A model generated the notes under the pieces. It ran no database searches. It was not told the origin of the DNA and saw only the letters and a list, made by a program, of their open reading frames with translations. Below are positions 13,867-24,551 of a stretch of DNA of 64,000 bases, piece after piece; position 1 is the stretch's first letter; every line of letters starts with the position of its first letter. The stretch spans positions 26,784,001 to 26,848,000 of the forward strand of contig NC_087260.1 in the NCBI RefSeq assembly GCF_037042905.1, in the 5' to 3' direction. The translations under genes were made by a program, and so were the position numbers. Source of the DNA: Lytechinus pictus. Taxonomy: Eukaryota.

Positions 13867-15355
13867 TGTCAAATTTTTTGGCGGACGGTTTTGCCCCCCC
13901 TGTGAAAAATCCCAGGTACGCAACTGCCCCCTCCCCTCTCTCTCTTTCAATAACTTGTTTGCGTATTTTTTTAAAGGAAAATGCCTCTGTTCAAATTTCC
14001 AATAACATGAAAAGGGAAAGTATGAACGCATATTCATTTAACTTCATCCTAAAGCTGTGATAGTATGTCCAAAAATGTTGTTGTTGTTTCCTTACTAGGG
14101 CGCTGGTGAACAGATACCAAACGAGAACTATCCTTTGGCACTTCAAGAAGAGAATTTGAGCGAGGAACTAAATGACTTGGAACTTCAAGCTCGAGGAGGG
14201 GGAAATCGAAAATACGGCGGCGGCAGAGGATGGGGTTACGGTGGCGGCGGTGGTGGAGGCGGCGGTGGCGGTGGAGGAGGAGGTGGTGGTGGTAACGGAA
14301 AGAAACCATGTAAAGGAAATGGTGGTGGCGGAGGAGGAGGAGGTGGTGGCGGTGGAGGAGGTGGTGGTGGCGGTGGAGGAGGTGGTGGCGGTGGAGGAGG
14401 TGGTGGCGGCGGATCAAAACCTAAACCCAAACCCAATCCAGGCGGAGGTGGTGGAGGAGGAGGCGGCGGCGGCGGTGGTGGTGGAGGTGGTGGTGGTGGA
14501 GGCGGCGGAGGAGGTGGTGGGGGTGGCGGCGGAAAACCAAAACCAAATCCAGGTGGTGGAGGAGGAGGCGGCGGTGGTGGAGGTGGTGGTGGTGGAGGCG
14601 GCGGAGGAGGCGGTGGGGGTGGCGGCGGAAAACCAAAACCAAAACCAAATCCAGGTGGAGGAGGGGGTGGCGGAGGCGGCGGGGGTGGTGGAGGAGGAGG
14701 AGGCGGTGGAGGAGGAGGAGGAGGAGGAGGTGATGATGGAGGTTGTAAGTGCGACGGAAATGGGGGAGGGGGAGGAGGAGGTGGTGGAGGAGGAGGAGGC
14801 GGCGGCGGCGGTGGAGGAGGAGGTGGAAAACCAAGACCACCAGCGCCCAAACCTAATCCCGGAGGTGGTGGTGGCGGCGGCGGTGGCGGCGGAGGTGGCG
14901 GCGGTGGTGGCGGAGGTGGCGGCGGCGGTGGCGGTGGAGGAGGAGGTGGTGGTAATAGACCACGCCCTCCAAAGCCCGTCCGACCCCCAGCTCCTAAACC
15001 AAAACCACCCAGACCAGTCCGTCCACCGGCACCAAAGCCCCCTCCTGCGCCCGCCCCTGCCCCTCAGCCTTCCTCTTCGGGAAGTGGTAGTGGAAGTAGC
15101 AGTGGAGGTAGCAGTGGCAAAAGCTCTCACTCTGGCAGTAAAGGTAGTCACAGCCATGGGAGTAAGAGCAAACATAGCAAAGGCAGTAAAAGCAGCAAAG
15201 GCAGTAAGAGCAGCAAAGGCAGTAAAAGCAAAGGGAAACATAGCAAAGGGAGTAAGAGCAAAGGAAAGCATAGCAGGCGAGGAAAGAAGAGCCGAGAGGT
15301 GAATCTCCAACAAGATGTGCTTCTCAAGAAATGGGATGACATGGCTATACCTTAA
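12180..15355 (+). CDS. Secreted low-complexity protein (~584 aa): signal peptide, acidic region, poly-Gly blocks with KPKPNP hinges, Pro-rich segment, Ser/Lys/His basic tail
   Basis: Exon 1 12180-12677 (CAG|GTGAG, phase 0) and exon 2 14099-15355 (TTACTAG|GGC) are in frame. Hydrophobic signal LMLFLVVFGLVTA. The Gly runs use mixed GGT/GGA/GGC codons, consistent with coding constraint. AATAAA at 16032. Confidence 0.8.
13644..13926. mobile_element. hAT-like MITE with 8-bp TSD, in the intron of the Gly-rich gene
   Basis: Termini CACTAGCGTACCT ... AGGTACGCAACTG, flanked by CCCCCTCC on both sides (13636-13643, 13927-13934). Internal poly-T tracts. Confidence 0.7.
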
Positions 15356-15451
15356 ACCATAACTATAACGCCCCCTTTCTAATTCATTAATTGTTTGTTC
15401 TCTTGCTCAAATTCCGTAGTTGTTCTTTCTGAAATTTTTGTAAGCACGTGC

Positions 15452-15999
15452 CCCGGGGGGGGGGGGGGCACTTACATTGACGAGTGGATACCATGCGCGA
15501 CCAAAAAAACACGTAAAAAGGATGTCTTTTTTAAGATAGCATAAGGGTGTCAAAAACACAAAAATAATGAAAAAAGGGTATCTATTTCGCTAGGAAAGTT
15601 ACGTGTTTAGGGTCAAATTTGCGGGGATGATAAAACAAAATTAAAATGTTTTATAAAGGATGTCCTTTTTGCCCCAACCCTACGTGTTACGGTCCGATTT
15701 GCGCGAGGTGTGGGAGGTGGGGTCGTACTATAAACCAAATGAAAACCGACAACCGAAGGACCCGTGACATATAACAATAAAATATTCCTGTACTTGTTTA
15801 GGGGCTCATTTCAGGGAATATTTGCCAAGAGTATCGTTTTGTTCCCAATACTTGTTAAGGGTAGGGTTTCACACGCCAATACTTGTTAAGGGGTGCATTT
15901 TAAGAATATGGAAATTACGTGTTTAGGGTGCTTTTCGAGACCCCGTGGTCGCGCATGGTATCCACTCGTCAATGGAAGTGGCCCCCCCCCCCCCCCGGG
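15452..15999. mobile_element. MITE with CCCGGG(G)n termini and ~50-bp TIR, in the probable 3' UTR of the Gly-rich gene
   Basis: cattgacgagtggataccatgcgcgacca on the left has an exact reverse complement on the right. Flanked by GCACGTGC on both sides (palindromic, so either a TSD or a TIR extension). Confidence 0.85.
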
Positions 16000-16334
16000 G
16001 CACGTGCAAACTACTCAAATCTTATACTTGCAATAAAGTAAATAGTATTATTAATAGTAGTATATACGTTTTAGAGAACGAAACTTGATTTTATTTAATT
16101 CAACTATGAATCCTAGTATAAGGGCATTTTCGTCAGAGTATTGATTCTATGAAAACTAATGTGTCTGATGAATAATCATGATCGTATTTTTAAGTTTTGA
16201 TATCAATCTTGTAAATTTCTAAAGGATGAGGAAATGTGGTTGCAAATGTTACTTTCGCAACCAAATCGTAGTTAAACGAAATTGAGTACAAGGCATATGC
16301 CTACCAATCCTAATGGCATCTAAATATAAAAGTA

Positions 16335-16578
16335 CACTGCAAAAACTCCGGTGTTGATTTAACACCAGCCCGGAATCTATATATGTCCACACCAGAGAAG
16401 TGTTAAATAACACCGGTTGTGGTATTAGTCTAACACCAGATAGGTGTTTATACAACACCAATTAGTATCAAAACAGCATCGTTTTGATTTCAAACTGGTG
16501 TTGTTTCAATACTTCTCTGGTGTGGACATATATAGATTCCGAGCTGGTGTTAAATCAACACCAGAGTTTTTTGCAGTG
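16335..16578. mobile_element. CACT-terminated (EnSpm/CACTA-like) foldback MITE, TA TSD
   Basis: TA|CACTGCAAAAACTC...GAGTTTTTTGCAGTG|TA with near-perfect ~80-bp TIRs and AACACC subterminal repeats. Confidence 0.85.
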
Positions 16579-18482
16579 TATAGCTTTCTTTCTCTCTGCA
16601 GGTACTATTTTGTCACTTATTTTAAAAAATGTCCCCCCCCCCCGAAACACGACTTTATTCTTCTGAATGACCGAATTCTTTTCTTAGAATTCAATTTATT
16701 TGTATATTTGACTGATTGATATAATTGATAGCATTGATATGATGGTTAAAAATTGTATTAATCTGTGACATAAGATTCCGAGTGAAGAGGATCCATGCAT
16801 GAATATTGATATAATGTTTATAGTTATAATTATATGAATTACATTTAACAGATAGAAAGGTTTAAAATAACTTACCAAAACATACCTAGACGTATTTTAT
16901 TGTTTTGCTTTTGTGTGTGTGTGATTTACTTTAATCGAATGACTAGTCTAAATTGAAAAAAATATATACTTTCCCTTTCTTCCTCTTCTCCCCCCCCCCC
17001 CTTCTCTCTCTCTCTCTCTCCCTCCCTCCCTCGCTCGATCTCTACAAAACTACACTGGTTCACATGCCTGACGACGAACAAAGATTTACTAAGCTTCTCA
17101 TCTTTTCTGTAAGGATATTTTATTCTCCAATAATGCGATGATACTTGAAGTGAAACCAGTTTGCCAGATACATGAAATAGATAATATTCCAGATACAGTA
17201 GGTAGGGAGATACAAAAAATAACTTTTAAATGTGAACTTTTTTGCGATACCAACCACGCATTTATATTCATTGATATTTTAAATGAACATTAAAATTATA
17301 TTTCAAATGAAAAATATAAGTTCTAATATATGATTTTTTTAAATAATATTAATATATTCATGGATTTAATAAGATATAAGATATATATCAATAGAAGATT
17401 TATATAAATAACATTAATAACATTAATGGATTTTAGAAACATCCACAAGGGATTTCCCAAGCGGCATTACATTGATTTCTCACTGAAATGATGCTCTCGG
17501 CCAATCAGAAACGAGGTTTTCATTTCGTCAATACAATTTCCGTGAAAACCCATCAACAAGACCCTTGGGGAACCCCCCCCCCTAATTTACATCAGAGAAT
17601 CTTGGCCCAGTAACACAATGCTTAGCCATTGATGCAAGGGTTGATGTAATACTCTTGAATACATACGTGCAATCAAGCATGACAATCAACTTTTTATCAA
17701 TCTCTAAGTTTTGTGGTTCGGCCACCTGGAACAAGGGACTGGAGGCTTCTATATCCGCGGCTCCAATAAGAAAACTGCCACCATAATTATACATAAAATC
17801 AAACATAAAATCAAATGATCGATATTGATCATGATGTCTTTGCTATTTAAAAATGCTATAGATTTAAATTGTTGAAATAATTTGTTATTTTGTTACGTTT
17901 TTCAACTTAACAACCAACCTCTGTGTACATGGCATCGGATCATGATGCGAATGATAATGACTGTATACTGACAATGAAAAGCCTAAATTTTATGGGATTA
18001 ATTCAGGTTTAAGCAAGGGATCAGTTGTATAAAAAAACGTTATGTTAACTTAGTCTGTCATAAATTACAGCTGACAGGTGCCATGAATCGACAACCAATC
18101 AAAAGCGAGTATTTCATGATATGGTAATTCGTGATAAAGATACCATGAATAGAGTTGCATGCGATAGACCAAAATATTTGCATAAATATATTAAGCTGAT
18201 ATACTCTACCAACGTGTTTGATAAAATGGTAGCAATTGTTAATATTCATGAATCATTATCCTGAAAACAAACTGCCATTGAATACATAATAATAAGAAGT
18301 GTCATGCAGGTTATGGCCACAGGCAACATAAATACATATATATTTCTATTGGAAATTTTCACAGAAGTCCACCCGTGCTGTGCACCAGGGGCCCGCTTCA
18401 TACAGAGTTACAACTTCCATGACTATAACTTTGCCATAATGGCAACCACCATCTTGAACCCCACACTGAACTTATTGCACAT

Positions 18483-18562
18483 TAATAATAATAATAATAA
18501 TAATGATAATAATAATAATAATGATAATGATGATAATAATAATAATAATGATAATAATAATA
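18483..18562. repeat. (AAT/GAT)n microsatellite
   Basis: Direct repeat. Confidence 0.9.
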
Positions 18563-18857
18563 TTAGTTCATTTATATAACGCTTAATAGGCCTACTATAT
18601 ATTTTTTCATAAGCGCTTTACATCGTAATTATAACCACTGGTCACCCGAAACTGGCCCGCACATAATGTACCAACTCTCTCCACTCCCTGGGTAGCGTTC
18701 CAACAAGAGTTCCAAGTTGTAATAAACGTTCTACCTTTTTCAGTTAAACAATTTTGACTAGTTATTTGTCACCATGTTCAGGATTGTCACTTTGAAGCTT
18801 CAAATTCTTTTTTATCTACGTTAACTAAAATGTCATTGGTTTCTATTCCCTGGTTAC

Positions 18858-19060
18858 ATTAGTCTAGTTTGACCGTTGTGTGAGGGGGGACTACTTTTCC
18901 CGAAGCCAAACACAGAGGGAGGCTCATAAAAGTCGCAAGAGCACCCCCCAACACCGCTCCAGCAGTAGCCTCAGAGGGATGTTGTGCATTTTGTGAGTCT
19001 CCCTTTCTTGGGCTTTGGGAAAAGTAGCTTCAACCTCACACAACGGCTAAGATGGACTGT
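18858..19060. mobile_element. Degenerate foldback MITE just downstream of the TRIM-like gene stop
   Basis: ccgttgtgtgagg / cctcacacaacgg and ctacttttccc / gggaaaagtag are inverted pairs. Confidence 0.55.
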
Positions 19061-19124
19061 AATACCCGTCGTTGCCCCCCCCCCCCCCACTTGAAATTCC
19101 TTTGGCCATGATCAGTTAAGACAG

Positions 19125-20933
19125 TCACACATATATATCAGATGTGATACTCTCCGTGTCATCGAGTATGATGAACTTCTCCGCGACAGGAGAATTAGCT
19201 GACAGTCTGTCTAGGACCCGGATGTCTTTCACTCCAAGGACCTTCTTGTACATGGAAAGTTGGCCTCCATTGCAGAGGACGAGTTTGCCGTTCTTCAAGC
19301 ATTTGCAACGAGGAGTACTGTCCATGAGATGGGAAGCAGGGAACTCGATACACCTCTCCGAGAACACCTCACCTTCTGGAGACAAGATGTCGATGGCATA
19401 GGACTCCTTGCCCACTTCCTTGAATGTGATGTAGAGAAGGTTGGTTGCCTTGTCAACGGAACAGCTCGCTGTTTCCCAGTGAGCGCGCTGTATCACTTTC
19501 TTCTCTTCAAACTTCACGTCAAAAATAGTGAATCTGTTGATACCAGACTGCACAAGGATATCTCCTGAGACCAAGGCATGGACGTCAAGGACTGTCTTAC
19601 AGTGGGCGAGTGTGATAGTTCTTACGATACCTTCTGAGTCATTGACGACAAAGATGACCGGTTGGCCATAAAGAATTGCAAGGACTTGACCGTTCGGCTC
19701 GATGTCCAGGTATACAGGTTCTCCCGATGTCGCTGGCTGATTCTGTAGGCGAACCTCACGCCGATGTCTCCAGAATTTGTTAAAGAAGCAGACGGAACCG
19801 CTGAAGAAGTTTCCACACACCAAGGTACTCTCGTCAAGAGTTGCACAGTCGGAAACGCATCCAAGATTACTCGATTGCATCACTGGCGTCACTTTCTTGG
19901 TCTTGAGGTTAACCACGTGTAATGTCCTATTCATGACATCAGATATCACAACTTCCTTGTCGTCTGCACTTCCTGCTAGCAAAGGAAGTCTAATTTCACT
20001 CTGGAGGTCAATGGTTCCAGCAAGCTTCCAAGAGCCCTCTGTTCCGATGAGCTCCCCAACCCTGCTACCACCTTCTCGTGTGAATGAGATCCTTTCAACA
20101 ATCTGATCCAGCTCTTCTAAAACGCTGCAATCAAGGTTATCCATCATGTGATCTTCGATGACACTCGCCAGGTGGCGTTGCGCCAACAGTAGAGGATCAT
20201 TCAAAAGCATCATCTCAATCCTCTCCCTGAATTCTAAAATACTTTTAGACCTACTCCTTGCCATTTCTTGCATTCGTTTTGGAATGATCGACACTTCTTT
20301 TATGGACTGCTTTAATTTCGAAAGGAGTGCGTCTGCCTCAACTTTAATCGACAAATATTTCGCGGTGGCCTCCTTCTCATTTTGCTGCAGACGCTTTTGA
20401 AGCTGATCCTGCAACTCTTGAATCTGCTTCTCTAATTCTTCTCTTGCTATATTGTCCATTTTCAGTCTTTCCTCTTCGACCCTTTGTGTCTCTTCTGCAA
20501 ATGCTTCAAGGACATATTTCTGGATGCCCCTGAGGAGAGAGGCGGCGTAAACCGAATGGGAGTCGACAGTCTTCCGATATTGATCAACCTTCTCTTTCGA
20601 CAGCTCCAACTTTGGCAGGAAACCTGAGAAGCGCTCTCGTTCCTCTCTCAGTAGGCTGTTTATATCGATTAGCTTGCAAGGAATCTGATGTTCAATGGTA
20701 GCACAGGACTGACACGCTATTTTCTGGTGGGTCTGGCAGAAATATTTAATTCTTGATTCGTGTTCCTTGCACAGCCATTTCCCTTCGCAGCCATCGCCGT
20801 TGCTGATGATTGAATGTCGTTTCTTCTCGGCGCATATGGAGCACAGCATCTGATTTTCCTTCACGCAGAATGAGACATTGGTCTTTGAATCGCATCCGTT
20901 CCCTTCACATTCATGGTCAGCAAAGTGAGCCAT
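19125..20933 (-). CDS. RING-less TRIM-like protein: B-box(es), coiled coil, NHL-like beta-propeller, 602 aa
   Basis: B-box2 CKEH..KYFCQTHQKIACQSCATIEH, a degenerate upstream B-box (FC...LCSIC...H), a long heptad-rich helix and a C-terminal beta-repeat region. Single coding exon with acceptor TTACAG|G at 20943, 10 nt before the ATG. Confidence 0.8.
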   Translation of the reverse strand: MAHFADHECEGNGCDSKTNVSFCVKENQMLCSICAEKKRHSIISNGDGCEGKWLCKEHESRIKYFCQTHQKIACQSCATIEHQIPCKLIDINSLLREERERFSGFLPKLELSKEKVDQYRKTVDSHSVYAASLLRGIQKYVLEAFAEETQRVEEERLKMDNIAREELEKQIQELQDQLQKRLQQNEKEATAKYLSIKVEADALLSKLKQSIKEVSIIPKRMQEMARSRSKSILEFRERIEMMLLNDPLLLAQRHLASVIEDHMMDNLDCSVLEELDQIVERISFTREGGSRVGELIGTEGSWKLAGTIDLQSEIRLPLLAGSADDKEVVISDVMNRTLHVVNLKTKKVTPVMQSSNLGCVSDCATLDESTLVCGNFFSGSVCFFNKFWRHRREVRLQNQPATSGEPVYLDIEPNGQVLAILYGQPVIFVVNDSEGIVRTITLAHCKTVLDVHALVSGDILVQSGINRFTIFDVKFEEKKVIQRAHWETASCSVDKATNLLYITFKEVGKESYAIDILSPEGEVFSERCIEFPASHLMDSTPRCKCLKNGKLVLCNGGQLSMYKKVLGVKDIRVLDRLSANSPVAEKFIILDDTESITSDIYV

Positions 20934-23900
20934 TGTTAGTCACCTGTAATGATACAAAAGGTCGACAATCTTAAGTGATAGAAGCCGAGCAGGGGTGGTG
21001 CTACAGGGAGACAAGGACATGGGACGAACATCCCTAGGATTTTTTTAATGAAAAGGGTGAGTAAAGAAATAATAAAGAGTATAAGAAAGAGAAGTCTTTA
21101 TCGCATAGCTCTACAATACCCCTGTAATTTAATTGACAAAACATATGACTTCATTTTAGGTCAACACCCCCCCCCCGGTCTTCCATCCGCCCACCCCATT
21201 CCAAATACCATGGAGCTGCCTCTGAGCTTGAGAATCACAAGACTAATAAAGGCAAAGCCTTGCTACTAATTTAAATGGCAGTCAAATTTATTTCGATATC
21301 CGAGAACCCCCAAACGATTCTTGAAAAATATCAGTTTGTAAAATAAGTGAGCATGATTGGTTATTTCATTTATCTTGTCAACAAAAATGATATCCAAATG
21401 CGATTGCAGAAGGTGCAATTGGAAAACTTAGAAAGGTTATAATTTTGTTAATTGTGCTACTAGCAAATAGACCAGAACATTTTCGATATTTTATTTTGTT
21501 TTTTGTTTGAAACTTTCACGAAAATCTCGACCACAGCTAGCGTTCACCAGACCGTTCAATATTGGAATCGCAAAGTTGCCAGCTTGGTCGATTCGCTCTC
21601 TCAATCGTGGGGCGATTGGACACCCACCCCTCTAAAAAAAATCTTGTGCATGACGAAGGTGGGCCTCAGAGAGTTGCTAAATGTAAAAGTGAGCATGAGG
21701 GTATTCCGAAAAATGGAGAAACACTGAGAATGACCAGATTATTATTATTATGGCCAGAACGGGTATATCCAAAGGGGCAAAAAATGGGTGTACCCCTTTA
21801 TTCCCTTTAATTATCCTTCCGTACTTTCATTTTACTGTATGACTCTATAAATATCCTAAAGCAAACGAAGATCAGAATATGATAAACTGGTATACAATCA
21901 GAGGAAATAGTTAATGTTTACTTATGATTAATTCTGACACTGAACCGCGGAAGGCAAACGCCGTAGCATAATAGATTGTATACAAACCGAGCCGATCACA
22001 AATTAAATGTGAAAGATATAAAAATAAACATTAAATCTTTGAGACTAAACGTGAATTCAAATTCAAATAGTACAAAGTTAGGGCAAGTTCCTAGTAAAGG
22101 GTTTTTTGTTTGTTTTGTTTCTCGATATATCCAAAACAGACACATGGTTTGTGACCTTGTTGCTTTATCAGTCCAAATCTCTGGCATCAACCATTTTGAT
22201 TCCATCAATTACGTCACCTCTCTATTTAAATAAATATGTTCCTCTCTTCAGAGTTTTAAAGTGGCTCTGATACCTAGAAATTTATTATTTTCAAAGATTC
22301 GAAATAAATCTAGATTGACTGTGAATAGTGACCAGTCGAACATTGGATTGTCTTTTAATTAAGGACTCAATCTCTTGAGATTTAAAAAACTTAATCCTTA
22401 TGATTAAAAATAAATATAATGTTCGACCATTCACTAAACCCATTCTATATAGTTCACTTTTTTCTTTAATTCACTGCTTATAAAAGCCGATAATTCTATT
22501 CTTTTATCTGAGTTGAAAGACAGGGAAAGACAAGGTTATCAATCGTTTAGTAGGAAATCTAAAGAATAACAATTACACTGCATCTAGCACCGTACATGTG
22601 TATATCAATCATTCTTTTAACGAAACAAACGACTAACTTAGTATACAGAAAGTCACTCAAAATATCACATCAGAATACAAAAAGATGGAAATCTCTTCCT
22701 GTTTCAGAGAAAAAATGTAGCTTTGGTTTAAAAAAAATCGGGTTAAGAGAAAAACGTGTCAATGCAAGTTATAAATATCTATATCAATTTCTTCAATACA
22801 CAATAATGTAACTATTTGCTTCTTCAACAATAATATTATGACCAGACAAACATAATGCATAGCTGTAAAATACAATTATAATATCTCAAAACAACATAAT
22901 GTAAAATTCTTTATGGATACATTACTTACTATCACTAGCTGATATAGAGCACGAGTCTAAGTTCAGTAATAGTCCAAAGTCAGAATTGATGTATTGATCC
23001 AAAAGCAATCCGCGACAGAATACCGTTCTATACTACCAGCAAGTTCAGTATCGATGGATGTAATAATGTACCGCTGAATGGGAAACACGCTCAATATCGA
23101 TGTTTCTCATTTTTGTAAACTTATCTCCGAGTTCTGTCTGATTTTTACCGGATTTCCTTTTCATAATTTGGGGTTAAATATTGCATACTCAACAAGGTTC
23201 CACTTGAAAGCGTAATAAAAATAAACTCCCTGACAGGGAAGTCCGTACCCACGCATTTAATTTGACATAAAAAACGATCGCGTGAAATATTTGTTAGGCC
23301 CACATTATCCTTTCATCATCTGACAAAAATTGAAGTCATAATAAGCCTAACAAAGATAGAAAACGTGTATGTGTGTTGTTTTCCCAATTCCTACCCAAGC
23401 AATGTGATAATATGTATGATCATGTAAGTGTCATTAGACACACACAGTTTTATTATCGAGAAAGCTAGCTATTTCAATTGTGATTCATTCTTTCAAAATC
23501 AACGAACTATTTGCATGATTTACGATCATATTTACACAGTTTTCACGCCCCAGTGGGATTGGCATGGCAACGGAATTGAAACGAATGAGGAACTAAACGA
23601 AGGACATAATTCGCATAACACGTTGAAACCACAATATTTGATGTTTGTTGATTTTGGGGTGATTGTAAACAACCAACTATTTATCAATTATTCGAAATAA
23701 CAATAGTTACTCTCAATTTAATATAAATTGCAGAATATCCCACGAGCCCCCATGCATGCATTAAAATCTAAGCCCTAAAATTACGCGGGGCAAGGGTAAT
23801 TTGAAAATGGACATAGCGACTTACAATTTAACGTCATTTTTTTAAAATGAATTTGATAACATTAGTGATTAAGATAAGTTAGACAATGTATATATCTCTC

Positions 23901-24320
23901 CTCTAATACTTATCTTTCTCCTTTCTCCCATTTTCTTATCTTTTTTGTTCTCCCCACCCCTCCCCTGTTTTTTCCACAACTTAATATAATACGGGTCAGG
24001 CGGTCATCTCCCCCTGCCATGCCGCCCCCCCCCCCCCCTTCCTGCCTAAAGGGGTCAGCTCCGAGAGATGGAAGCACTGATCTCTATACTAATATTCAGA
24101 TCAGTGGATGGAAGTCATTGTAAATGTTTGATGTCATGAAATTCATAAAGACTAATCATGATAATTGGTAAAATCGGAAGCAGTGCTCTTGCATTCAGGT
24201 CAGAAAAAAACATTCTTATTAGATTTTTTTAATTTCTAGGCAGGTCGGAGGTCGCTAAAGCATGTTCAACTGTAGTAGGTGATGTAGTTCAACATTAAGC
24301 CCATTGTCATCCTTGTTAAG

Positions 24321-24551
24321 CAGAGGCGGATCCAGATAGGGGCATATCCGTCCCGTGCCCCCCCCCCCTTGAGAACCATTAAAAATATTTGTTAGTTGAG
24401 AACGTCGTGCATACGCAAGTGGGGACATTTTTTCTGCTTGTCAAGTTTATCTTGACATAGATCACCATTAATTGGGAATGAAGACATCTTTTGCTTGCTA
24501 AATACTTTTATGTACAAAAATCCCCCCTGGAAAATACTGCTTCCGCCCCTG
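24321..24551. mobile_element. hAT-like MITE, ~8-bp TSD
   Basis: CAGAGGCGGA...TTCCGCCCCTG flanked by TTGTTAAG / ATGTTAAG. Confidence 0.65.

Noticed and set aside
14236-14850. Poly-proline ORF and other antisense His/Leu- or Ser/Thr-rich ORFs
   Set aside because: Shadow frames of the GGN repeat; only the + strand Gly frame has a signal peptide exon and matching splice sites.
14172-15302. 376-aa E/V/A-rich ORF in an alternative + frame
   Set aside because: Open only because (GGN)n lacks stops in that frame; it is out of phase with exon 1.
12180-15355. Identification as a Transformer (185/333) immune gene
   Set aside because: Two exons and Gly/His content are superficially similar, but exon 1 is far longer than a leader-only exon, and there is no RGD or typical element pattern.
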